From Candidatus Methylomirabilis oxygeniifera (GTDB taxonomy: Bacteria > Methylomirabilota > Methylomirabilia > Methylomirabilales > Methylomirabilaceae), in assembly GCA_000091165.1 (NCBI GenBank), contig FP565575.1, positions 690,001 through 722,000 of the forward strand: a stretch of 32,000 bases of DNA, in the 5' to 3' direction. Position numbers and translations under genes: made by a program. Shown here piece after piece: positions 1-9,005 of this stretch. How positions within the stretch are numbered: position 1 is the first letter of the stretch; each line of letters begins with the position of its first letter. The notes beneath the pieces are model-generated. The model did no database searches and had not been told where the DNA came from. It saw only the letters and a program-made list of their open reading frames with translations.

Positions 1-2
1 CA

Positions 3-692
3 TGTCATGGTCCGGGAGGTCCGCACACCGATACGGAGGGCGGCGCCATCGGGACGTTGATGACCTTCAAGAAAGGCGCAGAGCCGGTCGAAGCGCAGAA
101 TGCCACGTGTGTGAACGGCTGCCACGAAAAGGGCGAGCACACCTTCTGGAGGGGAAGCACCCACGAATCACGGGGGGTGGCGTGCGTATCATGTCACAAG
201 GTGATGGGGTCGGTGTCCGACCGATACAATCTGACGAAGCCGACCGCGATCGAGGTCTGCTCGCAGTGCCACCAGACCCGACGAGCCCAGCTCCAACGCA
301 GCTCCCACATGCCGCTGCGCGAGGGAAAGATCAGTTGCAGCGACTGCCACAACCCTCACGGGACTGCGACACAGGCTATGCTTCGCGAAGACTCCGTCAA
401 TGAGAACTGCTACACGTGTCATGCCGAGAAACGGGGACCGTTTCTGTGGGAGCATGCGCCCGTCATTGAGAGCTGTACGAACTGCCATGAGCCGCACGGC
501 TCCACCAATGCAAGGCTCCTGAAGGTCAGGATTCCGCGCCTCTGTCAGCAGTGTCACGTCGAGACCCGACACCCGACCAATCCATACGATCCGACAACCG
601 GATCGAGGTTTGTCGTCAACCGAGGTTGTACCAACTGCCACCAGAAGATCCATGGATCTAACCATCCCTCAGGGTTCGCCTTCACGAACTGA
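3..692 (+). CDS. DmsE/MtrA-family periplasmic multihaem (probably decahaem) c-type cytochrome, 5' truncated by the window edge
   Basis: The frame of ORF 57..692 is open to base 3, where it reads CHGPGGPHTDTEGG..., so the window cuts a CxxCH motif. Seven complete CxxCH (CVSCH, CSQCH, CSDCH, CYTCH, CTNCH, CQQCH, CTNCH), one CX3CH (CVNGCH) and the partial motif. Directly followed by an MtrB/PioB-like barrel. Confidence 0.88.
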   Translation, partial: CHGPGGPHTDTEGGAIGTLMTFKKGAEPVEAQNATCVNGCHEKGEHTFWRGSTHESRGVACVSCHKVMGSVSDRYNLTKPTAIEVCSQCHQTRRAQLQRSSHMPLREGKISCSDCHNPHGTATQAMLREDSVNENCYTCHAEKRGPFLWEHAPVIESCTNCHEPHGSTNARLLKVRIPRLCQQCHVETRHPTNPYDPTTGSRFVVNRGCTNCHQKIHGSNHPSGFAFTN

Positions 693-727
693 GGTTTGCG
701 ATCTGCAGCACACGGAGGAGGTGGGCC

Positions 728-3127
728 ATGGGCGCATTGCTTGGAATAAGACGATTTGGTCGCACGCTGCTGCTCGCCTTCGCCCTGCTGTCGGCGGCCG
801 TCGCCTCAGGTTACGCCGAACAGCCCTCTCCGCAGGAGGCCATCCCTTCTTGGGTCAACTGGCTCAATACCGGGCTGCCCTTTGATTTTGAGCTGACCGG
901 ATTGGATGTTGAGGGTGGCTATCGCGACATCGACGGCCGTCGGAGTTCGGCCAAGTTCCAGGAGTACCGTGTCCTTGAAGAGAGTCCCTTTTTGGATCAC
1001 CTTCGTCTCTCCCTGGAGACCAAAGATAAAAGGCGCTACATCGACTTCACCGCCATTGACAGCTTTAAGCAGGATCAGAGCTACCTGTTTCGACTGGGGC
1101 AGTACGGCGACTATGATCTGGAGATCTTCTGGGATCAGGTTCCGCATTTGTTGAGTACGACGGGACGGACCCTGTTCTCGACGACGCATAAAGACAGTAC
1201 CTCGTTTTTGACTCTGCCCGCTGGTGTTGCCTCAACAGTCCAGGGCGCGACCCCCGCGACAAGAGCCTCCATGTTGGCCGGTTTTCTTGCGAATGCGGCG
1301 CCGGTCGATCTGTCGTTTCTCACAAGTAAGGCAGGGTTTCGATTCAAGTACGCCTTGAGCGAGTCGCTCGGTATGGGGGTCCGTTACACCTATACGGAGA
1401 AAGACGGGACGATTCCGTTCGGCGCAGGCTTCAGCAGCCCGGGTGGCAACATCGTAGAGCTTCCCGCGCCTCTCTTTCATCGAACCCACCAGGTCGAGGT
1501 GAAAACCGAGTATGCGAAGCCAGGCTGGAATATCGGCCTAGGCTATGCCGCCTCGATCTTCGACCAGGGGATCAAGAATATCGTGTTCGACAATCCGCTC
1601 TCGGCGACCAACAGTCCGACCGCCTCGGCGAGCGGGCGAACGACCATGGACCCGAGTAACCATGCCCATAATGTATTTCTGTCTGGCGGCGTCTCTCTTC
1701 CTTTGCGCACCCGGATCACCGGCAAGTTTTCCTACGGTTGGCGGTTTCAGGACGCGACATTCGTTTCGCACACCATCAATCCGGCCCTGGCCGCCGATCC
1801 TCAGTTGGCTCTCCCCAGACGTGATCTCGACGGCGATATCAGGACGGCTCTGGTAACCGTCAACGCGACGAGCCGCCCGCTTGCCGCTCTGCCGCTGACA
1901 CTCAATGGCGGCTACCGCTTCTATGACTTCGATAACCGATCGTCTGAGATCGAGTTTGCCGCGCATACAGTCCGGGATACGTCGCTCACAGCCGAGACCC
2001 GCGTCAACGCGCCCTACTCCTATACGAAGCACAACGCACATCTGGATGCGGGGTATGCTCTTCTCAGCGACCTTCATATCAAGTTGGGTTACGAGTGGGA
2101 GCGATGGGACCGCGACCCCACACTCCGCGAGGTGCCGACCAGCGATGAGCACTTCTTGAAGACCAGTGCGGATTACTCGCCGCTCGACTGGCTCCTGCTC
2201 CGCGCCGCCTACCGACGGAGTTGGCGCGACATCAGCAATTACAATACGCAGGCTCACCAGGCCCATGTGGTGCAGGACATTGAAGGAGAGGAATTTGCCC
2301 TGAATCTCCAGGGTCAGTCGCGCCTGCTTCGGAAGTTCGACGAAGCCGACCGGACCCGGGACAGGATCGAGGTTCTCGCGTCAATCACCCCGTTCGAGAC
2401 GCTGAACTTTACGACCACCTATAGTCTTCTTCGAGATGATTTTGACCAGTCTTCGCTCGGACTACAGGAATCGTGGGGATGGAGCCTGGGCGGTGATGTC
2501 ACCTATAGTCCCTTCTCATGGCTCTCGCTCTTCGTGAACTATATGAGGGAGGAGTTTAAGTACGATCAACTCTCCCGTTCCAGACCGGTCATCAGCAACG
2601 TCTCTACGGCGACCACACCGGCGGCAGGGTGTGCGTTCACGAATCCCACGGCTGCGGTCAGCAACGTGGTGTGCGACTTTGCCGATTTCAACTGGAGAAG
2701 TCTGAACAGAGACAAGGTTGATACCTATGGGGTCGGCGCCGACGTCAGCCTGATCCCCAAACGTCTCAATTTCCGGCTGACCTACACCTTCTCGGATGCC
2801 GACACGATCATTAATTCGTTCAATCCGGTGACGCCGACCAGTGGCACCGTGGCCCAGCAAGCGAGCGCAAAAGCCGTTCGCTATCCCCTGTCGAATACGA
2901 ACCTGCACACGCTGATTGCGGCGCTTCGCTATAACCTGACCAGCAACTGGAGTCTCAAAGGCGAATATCGATTTGAGCAGTTTCGGGAGAAGGACTGGTC
3001 GACCGACGCGATCGGGCAATCAGGCCTCACGAACTTGCCGCCAACGACCGATACCTTCTTAGGCGCTCGGTTTCTCCAGAATTACGACGCGCACATCGGC
3101 GCGTTTACGCTTCGCTACCAGTTCTGA
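728..3127 (+). CDS. MtrB/PioB-family decahaem-associated outer-membrane beta-barrel protein
   Basis: 799 aa with N-terminal signal peptide (RFGRTLLLAFALLSAAVASGYAEQ), repeated amphipathic beta-strand/turn pattern, C-terminal ...TLRYQF ending in F as in OM barrels. GGAGG upstream of ATG; immediately downstream of the DmsE-like cytochrome. Confidence 0.85.
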   Translation: MGALLGIRRFGRTLLLAFALLSAAVASGYAEQPSPQEAIPSWVNWLNTGLPFDFELTGLDVEGGYRDIDGRRSSAKFQEYRVLEESPFLDHLRLSLETKDKRRYIDFTAIDSFKQDQSYLFRLGQYGDYDLEIFWDQVPHLLSTTGRTLFSTTHKDSTSFLTLPAGVASTVQGATPATRASMLAGFLANAAPVDLSFLTSKAGFRFKYALSESLGMGVRYTYTEKDGTIPFGAGFSSPGGNIVELPAPLFHRTHQVEVKTEYAKPGWNIGLGYAASIFDQGIKNIVFDNPLSATNSPTASASGRTTMDPSNHAHNVFLSGGVSLPLRTRITGKFSYGWRFQDATFVSHTINPALAADPQLALPRRDLDGDIRTALVTVNATSRPLAALPLTLNGGYRFYDFDNRSSEIEFAAHTVRDTSLTAETRVNAPYSYTKHNAHLDAGYALLSDLHIKLGYEWERWDRDPTLREVPTSDEHFLKTSADYSPLDWLLLRAAYRRSWRDISNYNTQAHQAHVVQDIEGEEFALNLQGQSRLLRKFDEADRTRDRIEVLASITPFETLNFTTTYSLLRDDFDQSSLGLQESWGWSLGGDVTYSPFSWLSLFVNYMREEFKYDQLSRSRPVISNVSTATTPAAGCAFTNPTAAVSNVVCDFADFNWRSLNRDKVDTYGVGADVSLIPKRLNFRLTYTFSDADTIINSFNPVTPTSGTVAQQASAKAVRYPLSNTNLHTLIAALRYNLTSNWSLKGEYRFEQFREKDWSTDAIGQSGLTNLPPTTDTFLGARFLQNYDAHIGAFTLRYQF

Positions 3128-3253
3128 GCGAGTCTCCGTATTCCAGGCGTCTCGCTGATGTGTTAGCATGTTGCCTGCGAACGGAGCAGGCAAGCCGGCC
3201 TGCCGGGCGTCGGTCTGGCGGCTGGCTTTTCATATTTAAGACTGAAGGAGGGA

Positions 3254-3709
3254 ATGGTGGTGTCACAGCAAGACGAACACGTCGATCGCGGGCGGCGAGC
3301 GGTGAATTGGCTGCTGGGGAGTTCCCTCGGTGTGCTCTTCGTATCCATTCTGTACCCGATTGCGAAATACTTGATCCCTCCAAAACTTGCCGAGCCGACT
3401 ACGTTCAGCGTGACCCTTCCCTGGAAGCTTGCGGAGTTAAAGGCGAACTCTGGACAGATCTTTCGCTTCAGGAGTCGCCCGGGTATCTTGGTGAAGACCC
3501 AGGCAGGCGAGTTGCGGGCCTTCTCTGCGGTCTGCACACATCTGGAATGCACGGTGCAATACAGGCAAGAGCGGCAGGATATCTGGTGCGCCTGTCATAA
3601 TGGCGTGTACGATCTGAACGGAAAAAATATCAGCGGCCCGCCGCCGCGACCATTGGAGTCCCTGAAGCTGAACGTCAGGGGAGATCAGATTATCGTCATG
3701 AAAGGATAA
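3254..3709 (+). CDS. Rieske [2Fe-2S] protein of a cytochrome bc/b6f-type complex
   Basis: N-terminal TM segment; cluster motifs CTHLEC and CACHNG; adjacent to cytochrome b. Confidence 0.9.
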   Translation: MVVSQQDEHVDRGRRAVNWLLGSSLGVLFVSILYPIAKYLIPPKLAEPTTFSVTLPWKLAELKANSGQIFRFRSRPGILVKTQAGELRAFSAVCTHLECTVQYRQERQDIWCACHNGVYDLNGKNISGPPPRPLESLKLNVRGDQIIVMKG

Positions 3710-3714
3710 GTGAG

Positions 3715-4803
3715 GTGGGGGGGATTCGAATCACGGCCTGGCTCGAAGAGCGAATCGATCTCTGGCCGCTCAGACATTTTATCGGGAAGAAGGTCATCCC
3801 CGTCCATCGTCATACCGTCTGGTATTATTTCGGCGGGATGACGCTCTTTCTCTTCATGATCCAGGTGGCAACAGGGATCCTGTTGACCCTCTACTACAGG
3901 CCCAGCGGCGAAGAGGCGTACGAGAGCGTGCAATTCATCATGACCGACGTCCAATTCGGGTGGCTTGTTCGGTCAATTCATAGCTGGTCGGCCAACCTGA
4001 TGGTGCTGATGATGATGATCCACGTGTTCAGTGTCTACCTGACCCAGGCCTACCGAAAGCCGCGAGAGCTGACGTGGGTCACCGGCATGATGCTGTTCGG
4101 CATTGTCCTGTTTTTCGGCTTCAGTGGGTATCTGCTGCCGTGGAACGTGCTGTCGTATTTCGCGACCAAAGTCGGAACTGAGATTGCCGGGCAGTTCCCA
4201 CTGATAGGTCCCGTGCTGATGCGCCTCCTCCGGGGTAGCGACGAGGTGACCGGCGCGACGGTCTCTCGCTTTTACGGCATTCATATTGCCATTCTGCCGG
4301 CGCTAATGACTGCCATCCTTAGCCTGCATCTGTTTCTGGTCCAGAAGCAGGGGATGAGTGTTCCCCCTGCTGTAGAGCGGGCACACAGAGGGCAGCCGCT
4401 TCCGACCATGCCGTTTGTCCCCAATTTTCTGCTACGAGATCTCTTCGGCTGGTTTGTTACGCTCGGACTCCTGGCCGCCCTGGCCGCGCTGTCGCCGTGG
4501 GAACTGGGGCAAAAGGCCGATCCGTTCGCACCGGCGCCAGCCGGCATCCGACCGGAATGGTACTTTGTCTTCATGTTTCAGAGCTTGAAGTATATCCCGG
4601 CCACGATTGGCCCATTTGAGGGCGAGGTCCTGGGGGTGTTGGGTTACAGCCTAGGCGGGCTTTTCCTCTTGCTGGTCCCATTTCTGGACAAGAAGTCGGC
4701 GTTGGGAGAGCCTAGTCCGCTCTTTCGATGGATCGGGATCGGGATTATTGCGTACATCGTGATCTTTACCGTACTTGGATATATTGCGCCAGGCGTCAAA
4801 TGA
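3715..4803 (+). CDS. Cytochrome b subunit of a quinol:cytochrome oxidoreductase (full-length b type)
   Basis: 362 aa, GTG start; [10 protein letters not shown]...[57 protein letters not shown] motifs typical of cytochrome b/b6-subunit IV. Confidence 0.93.
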   Translation: MGGIRITAWLEERIDLWPLRHFIGKKVIPVHRHTVWYYFGGMTLFLFMIQVATGILLTLYYRPSGEEAYESVQFIMTDVQFGWLVRSIHSWSANLMVLMMMIHVFSVYLTQAYRKPRELTWVTGMMLFGIVLFFGFSGYLLPWNVLSYFATKVGTEIAGQFPLIGPVLMRLLRGSDEVTGATVSRFYGIHIAILPALMTAILSLHLFLVQKQGMSVPPAVERAHRGQPLPTMPFVPNFLLRDLFGWFVTLGLLAALAALSPWELGQKADPFAPAPAGIRPEWYFVFMFQSLKYIPATIGPFEGEVLGVLGYSLGGLFLLLVPFLDKKSALGEPSPLFRWIGIGIIAYIVIFTVLGYIAPGVK

Positions 4804-4810
4804 GGACGCC

Positions 4811-6079
4811 GTGAAGATCGCACTACGCGTTGTCTTGCTCGGCCTCTTCCTGATCGCAGCCGGTCTTATCTCCATTCCCTCGGAAGCGGCAGAGGATGCC
4901 TGCATTGACTGCCACATCGGATTACGAGAGGAGCGCCTCAGCCGTCCGGCCGTCAAGATTAAAGACGATTACCACCTGGCGCGAGGACTGGGCTGCCAAG
5001 GCTGTCACGGCGGCGATCAGACCGCAATCGACAATAAGGCACAGAGCCACAGTCCGGCCAAGGGGTTTCTGGGTAAACCGAAGCGGCACGCGATCCCTGA
5101 ATCCTGCGGGAGGTGCCACAGCGATCCAACCTATATGCGACAGTTCAACCCGTCGATTCGGACGGACCAGGTCAAGGAATACTATACCAGTGTCCATGGG
5201 AAAAGGCTGCGCGAGGGAGATCAGAAGGTCCCCGTCTGTATCGGGTGCCATGACGTCCATGCTATCCGTGCCATTAAGGACCAGATGGCCTGGACCTATC
5301 CGACCAATGTGGCTGAGACCTGCGGCAGATGCCACGGTAACGCCGACTACATGAAAGCGTACAAGATCCCCACGGATCAGCTTGAGAAGTACAAACAAAG
5401 CGTTCATCACGAGATGTTGACCAGGCGGGCGGATCTCGCCTCTCCGACATGCAGTAGTTGCCACGGCAGTCACGGTGCCACCCCTCCAGGTGTCGATTCG
5501 GTGGCGAATGTCTGTAGCCACTGTCATGTCGTGACGGCCGACCTCTTCGCCAAGAGTCCGCACAAGTCGGCATTCGACGAACTGGGGATGCCGGCGTGCG
5601 TGACATGCCATAGCAATCACGATATTACGCACCCGTCTGATGCGATGCTGGGCGGCGGAGAAGGCACCCCGTGCGCGACGTGCCATGAATCCGACTCTGC
5701 ACCGCTGAAGAAGGCTGCCGAATTACGAGCCAGGATTGAGGGGCTTTCGAGCCGGATCGATCAGGCGATGGCGATCCTGACCAGGGCCGAGCACGCAGGT
5801 ATGGAGATCGGCGCTCCTCGGTTCGAGCTGCTTGCGGCAAAAGAGTCCTTGATCAAGGCCAGGGCAGCCACTCATTCGATCGATGTGGAACAGATTAAGA
5901 CCGATACCGACTCCGGGTTGGTTGTAGCCCAGAAAAGTCTGGAGAGCGGCCAAGGCCTCCTGGCTGAGGTGCAGTTCCGTCGCAAAGGGCTGGCGGCCTC
6001 CATGCTGATCATTGTCGCGGTTCTGGTCGGCCTCTTCCTGAAGATCAGAGCGGTTGATCGGCAAAAAGGGTCCGGCTGA
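4811..6079 (+). CDS. Nonahaem c-type cytochrome with C-terminal membrane anchor, probable partner of the Rieske/cytochrome b pair
   Basis: GTG start at 4811 after GAGG gives signal peptide MKIALRVVLLGLFLIAAGLISIPSEAAEDA. Nine CxxCH motifs (CIDCH, CQGCH, CGRCH, CIGCH, CGRCH, CSSCH, CSHCH, CVTCH, CATCH). C-terminal TM MLIIVAVLVGLFL. The ORF track start at 4775 overlaps cytochrome b and is less likely. Confidence 0.85.
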   Translation: MKIALRVVLLGLFLIAAGLISIPSEAAEDACIDCHIGLREERLSRPAVKIKDDYHLARGLGCQGCHGGDQTAIDNKAQSHSPAKGFLGKPKRHAIPESCGRCHSDPTYMRQFNPSIRTDQVKEYYTSVHGKRLREGDQKVPVCIGCHDVHAIRAIKDQMAWTYPTNVAETCGRCHGNADYMKAYKIPTDQLEKYKQSVHHEMLTRRADLASPTCSSCHGSHGATPPGVDSVANVCSHCHVVTADLFAKSPHKSAFDELGMPACVTCHSNHDITHPSDAMLGGGEGTPCATCHESDSAPLKKAAELRARIEGLSSRIDQAMAILTRAEHAGMEIGAPRFELLAAKESLIKARAATHSIDVEQIKTDTDSGLVVAQKSLESGQGLLAEVQFRRKGLAASMLIIVAVLVGLFLKIRAVDRQKGSG

Positions 6080-6188
6080 GATGCTGCCGGTCTTGACATG
6101 GATAGGTGGAGTGGCTATAGTTCGCATGATAGCGAGCCGCTCAATGAACTACCTCGCAGCAAGCTGCAGGGTATCGTTTTCTGTTGTG

Positions 6189-6218
6189 GCCCGTCATTCC
6201 GTGCTTGACACGGAATCC
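6189..6218 (+). repeat. 30-nt sequence with internal hairpin, exact inverted match to 15701..15730
   Basis: gcccgtcattccgtgcttgacacggaatcc; internal stem ATTCCGTG-CTTGA-CACGGAAT (6196-6216). Confidence 0.8.
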
Positions 6219-6233
6219 AGTCGGGCCCTCTGG

Positions 6234-6253
6234 ATACCGGCTTCAGCCGGTAT
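6234..6253. repeat. Short perfect inverted repeat (hairpin)
   Basis: ATACCGGCT-TC-AGCCGGTAT in the intergenic region upstream of the 3-haem cytochrome. Confidence 0.6.
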
Positions 6254-6352
6254 GAGGCTCGATATAAGCCGCGGGGAATGAACCCCCGGTGGATTCAATT
6301 CGATAGACGTAATGACGCAATGAACGCAATAGACCTTTCGTAAGGAGGAAGC

Positions 6353-6736
6353 ATGAGATCAATGATCGGAAGGAGCGCGGCGCTTACTCTGGCGTGCCTC
6401 CTCATCGTAAGCGTCACACCGACTCGCAGTCTGGCCCAGGCGAAGCCGAAGATCCCCCCTCCCTTCGCGTTCGAGCAGACGACCAAGGATGAGGCAGGGA
6501 ACCCCAGCCCAGGAAAGGTGACGTTCGATCACAATAAGCATATAGAAAAAGGTCAGAAGTGCCTGAACTGCCACGGCAAGGGTAAACCGTTCAAGACCAA
6601 GATTGGAACCTCTCCGAATCTTACCATGAAGGCCTACGATGAAGGGAAGGCGTGCGGTACCTGCCATGACGGGAAGGTTGCCTTCTCCACAAAGGAGATG
6701 GGTAACTGCCTGAAGTGCCATAAGGTGCCATCATAG
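6353..6736 (+). CDS. Small periplasmic trihaem cytochrome (c7/c3-like)
   Basis: Signal peptide; CLNCH, CGTCH, CLKCH motifs; GKVTFDHNKH pattern typical of c7-type proteins; GGAGG before ATG. Confidence 0.85.
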   Translation: MRSMIGRSAALTLACLLIVSVTPTRSLAQAKPKIPPPFAFEQTTKDEAGNPSPGKVTFDHNKHIEKGQKCLNCHGKGKPFKTKIGTSPNLTMKAYDEGKACGTCHDGKVAFSTKEMGNCLKCHKVPS

Positions 6737-6831
6737 TTCCGTATCTGTACGGCACCGAGACATAGCGGCGAGGTTGGGGCGGGTGATCGGCTTGTGGATC
6801 CGCCTATTCGCGATCGCCGCTATCGCGCGTT

Positions 6832-8991
6832 TTGTTTGAGAACGTGGGTGGCCATACCATTTCGCGCGTGATAACCGGGAGCGTACGCTTCGGGAAGGCG
6901 ACCGGAAGCCTTTACCTTGTCTGGCTGTGTCTGACGATCATTGTGAATCCCGTTGGGGCTGTCGCGGAGGCTGCTCCTGCCTCTGCGGAGTGCCTGACCT
7001 GCCACGACGATTCCGACGACCCCGTTCAATCCCCACACCAAACACTGGGCTGCGTCGGGTGCCATGCCGACATCTCAGACGGGCCTCACATTACCACGCC
7101 CAAGCCGGTCCGTTGCGGCGCATGCCATCGCAAGTCCCATGAGACGGTTCCGGAGAGCGCTCATGCCACACTGGGTGGCAGTGGGCCCAGCGCTGGTTGC
7201 ATCGCCTGTCATGGCAGCCATCGGATTCAGAAGATAGTTGCCGATTCCGATGTCATCTGCTCGTCGTGCCATGGCCGACAGGCCAAGCAAATGGCGGTCG
7301 GCATCCATGCTGCCGGCCGGGCAGATAAGACTCGGAACCTGCCCACCTGCGTGACGTGCCACACAGCGCACGCCTCTAAATCTCGCCGGGACGCTGTCTC
7401 TCCCACACATCGCTCTCAGATTCACGAAACCTGCGCCCGCTGCCATGCCGATCCGGAAATCATTGCCCAGGAACGGATCGCGAGGCCGCGGGTTGTGGCG
7501 CTGTTCGAGCAGAGTATCCACGGACAGGCTATCCTGCGGAAAGGTAATCTCGCGGCCGCAACCTGCACCGATTGTCACGGTGCGCATGAGATCCGGCGAG
7601 GCGTCGATCCGGCCTCGGCCATCTTCAAGGGAAACGTGGCCGCGACCTGCAGCCGTTGTCACGGCAACGAGGCGGCGCAGTTCCGGGATAGTGTGCACGG
7701 GGGGGCCGTCTCACGTGGGATTTCGGCGGCGCCGACATGTACCGATTGCCACGGAGAGCATGGGATTACCGCCACTCGTGCTCCAGGATCACGGGTCGCG
7801 CCGCTGACGGTCTCCAAGACCTGTGCTGCCTGCCATGAGGCGACGCCGGTGGTCGAGGAGTTTGGTCTCGCGCCGCGTCGAGCCGGAACGTTCTTTGAGA
7901 GCTTCCATGGTCTGGCGGTGAGGGGTGGGTCGCCCGTTGTGGCCAACTGTGCAAGCTGCCACGGAATCCACAACATCCATCCCTCCTCCGATCCTCGTTC
8001 TACCATCAACCCGATGAACCTCTCGCGGACCTGCGGACAGTGCCACCGGGGCGCCGGTGTACAATTGGCCGGCGTCCGGATTCACGTAGCTCCAGGATTC
8101 GGCGAACATCCATGGGTGACGCTGGTCCGACGGATCTACCTCGTGATGATCGTTGTCGTCATCGGCGGGATGGGCCTGCACAACGGACTTGACTTCCTGG
8201 CGCATCTGCGAGAGCGTTGGCGGGCAGAGGGCCGGCCGGACGGCGAACCCGCCGTACTCCCCGAGGTAGCGCACCGGCTCTTTGAACGCTGGACACTCAA
8301 TGAGCGAATTCAGCACGTCATGCTGTTGGCGACCTTCACGATCCTGGTGATCACGGGCTTTGCCCTGAAGTTTCCTGATTCGTGGTGGGCGCGGCCGCTA
8401 GTCTGGATCGAAAGAGGGTATACCGTTCGAGCGTGGCTCCATCGAATCTCCGGCGTGCTCATGGCGCTGGCGGCCATATACCATCTGGCGTATCTGTTCG
8501 GCACACAACGTGGTCGAACGCAGTTCCGATGCATGAAACCCGGGCGACGGGACTTGCATGAGGCGTGGGGAATGGTGGCCTTTAACCTGGGCCTGAGGTT
8601 GCACCGGCCGCGTTTCCATCGCTTTACATACGCGGAGAAACTGGAGTACTGGGCGGTCATATGGGGCACTGCCGTGATGACCGGCACCGGGTTTATGATG
8701 TGGTTTCAGGCCGGTGTGCTGACGCGCTGGTCCCTTCTCGTCATTGACCTGGCGACCGTCGTCCATTATTACGAGGCCTGGCTTGCCACGTCGGCCATTG
8801 TCGTCTGGCACTTCTACAGCGTCATCTTCCGGCCTGATATCTACCCGATGAGTCCGGTCTGGCTGAGGGGGACGATGACGGGGGAGCAGATGGCACGGGA
8901 TCACGCCGCCGAACTGGAGGAGATCCTTGCAGCAGAAACCGTATCCAGCTCATTGCCTGGCGATGAGATGACTTCACCGCAGGACAGCTAA
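6832..8991 (+). CDS. 13-haem c-type cytochrome fused to a C-terminal cytochrome b561/FdnI-type membrane domain (CbcL-like architecture)
   Basis: 13 CxxCH motifs (CLTCH, CVGCH, CGACH, CIACH, CSSCH, CVTCH, CARCH, CTDCH, CSRCH, CTDCH, CAACH, CASCH, CGQCH), followed by a membrane domain (RWTLNERIQHVMLLATFTILVITGFALKFP...HRISGVLMALAAIYHL...WHFYSVIFRPDIYPM). Start codon uncertain (TTG 6832 or a downstream GTG). Confidence 0.85.
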   Translation: MFENVGGHTISRVITGSVRFGKATGSLYLVWLCLTIIVNPVGAVAEAAPASAECLTCHDDSDDPVQSPHQTLGCVGCHADISDGPHITTPKPVRCGACHRKSHETVPESAHATLGGSGPSAGCIACHGSHRIQKIVADSDVICSSCHGRQAKQMAVGIHAAGRADKTRNLPTCVTCHTAHASKSRRDAVSPTHRSQIHETCARCHADPEIIAQERIARPRVVALFEQSIHGQAILRKGNLAAATCTDCHGAHEIRRGVDPASAIFKGNVAATCSRCHGNEAAQFRDSVHGGAVSRGISAAPTCTDCHGEHGITATRAPGSRVAPLTVSKTCAACHEATPVVEEFGLAPRRAGTFFESFHGLAVRGGSPVVANCASCHGIHNIHPSSDPRSTINPMNLSRTCGQCHRGAGVQLAGVRIHVAPGFGEHPWVTLVRRIYLVMIVVVIGGMGLHNGLDFLAHLRERWRAEGRPDGEPAVLPEVAHRLFERWTLNERIQHVMLLATFTILVITGFALKFPDSWWARPLVWIERGYTVRAWLHRISGVLMALAAIYHLAYLFGTQRGRTQFRCMKPGRRDLHEAWGMVAFNLGLRLHRPRFHRFTYAEKLEYWAVIWGTAVMTGTGFMMWFQAGVLTRWSLLVIDLATVVHYYEAWLATSAIVVWHFYSVIFRPDIYPMSPVWLRGTMTGEQMARDHAAELEEILAAETVSSSLPGDEMTSPQDS

Positions 8992-9005
8992 GGTGAGACG
9001 ATCAG

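Noticed and set aside
2-403. 133-aa ORF in another frame at the left edge
   Set aside because: Overlaps the frame encoding seven-plus haem motifs; no recognisable domain and low-complexity arginine-rich translation.
189-2266. Several minus-strand ORFs (189..665, 806..1189, 1538..2266) opposite the cytochrome and barrel genes
   Set aside because: Typical shadow ORFs in GC-rich DNA; the plus strand has clear signal peptides and family motifs.
4775-4810. Extended TTG start of the 9-haem cytochrome ORF
   Set aside because: Would overlap cytochrome b and bury the signal peptide; the GTG at 4811 with upstream GAGG is a better start.
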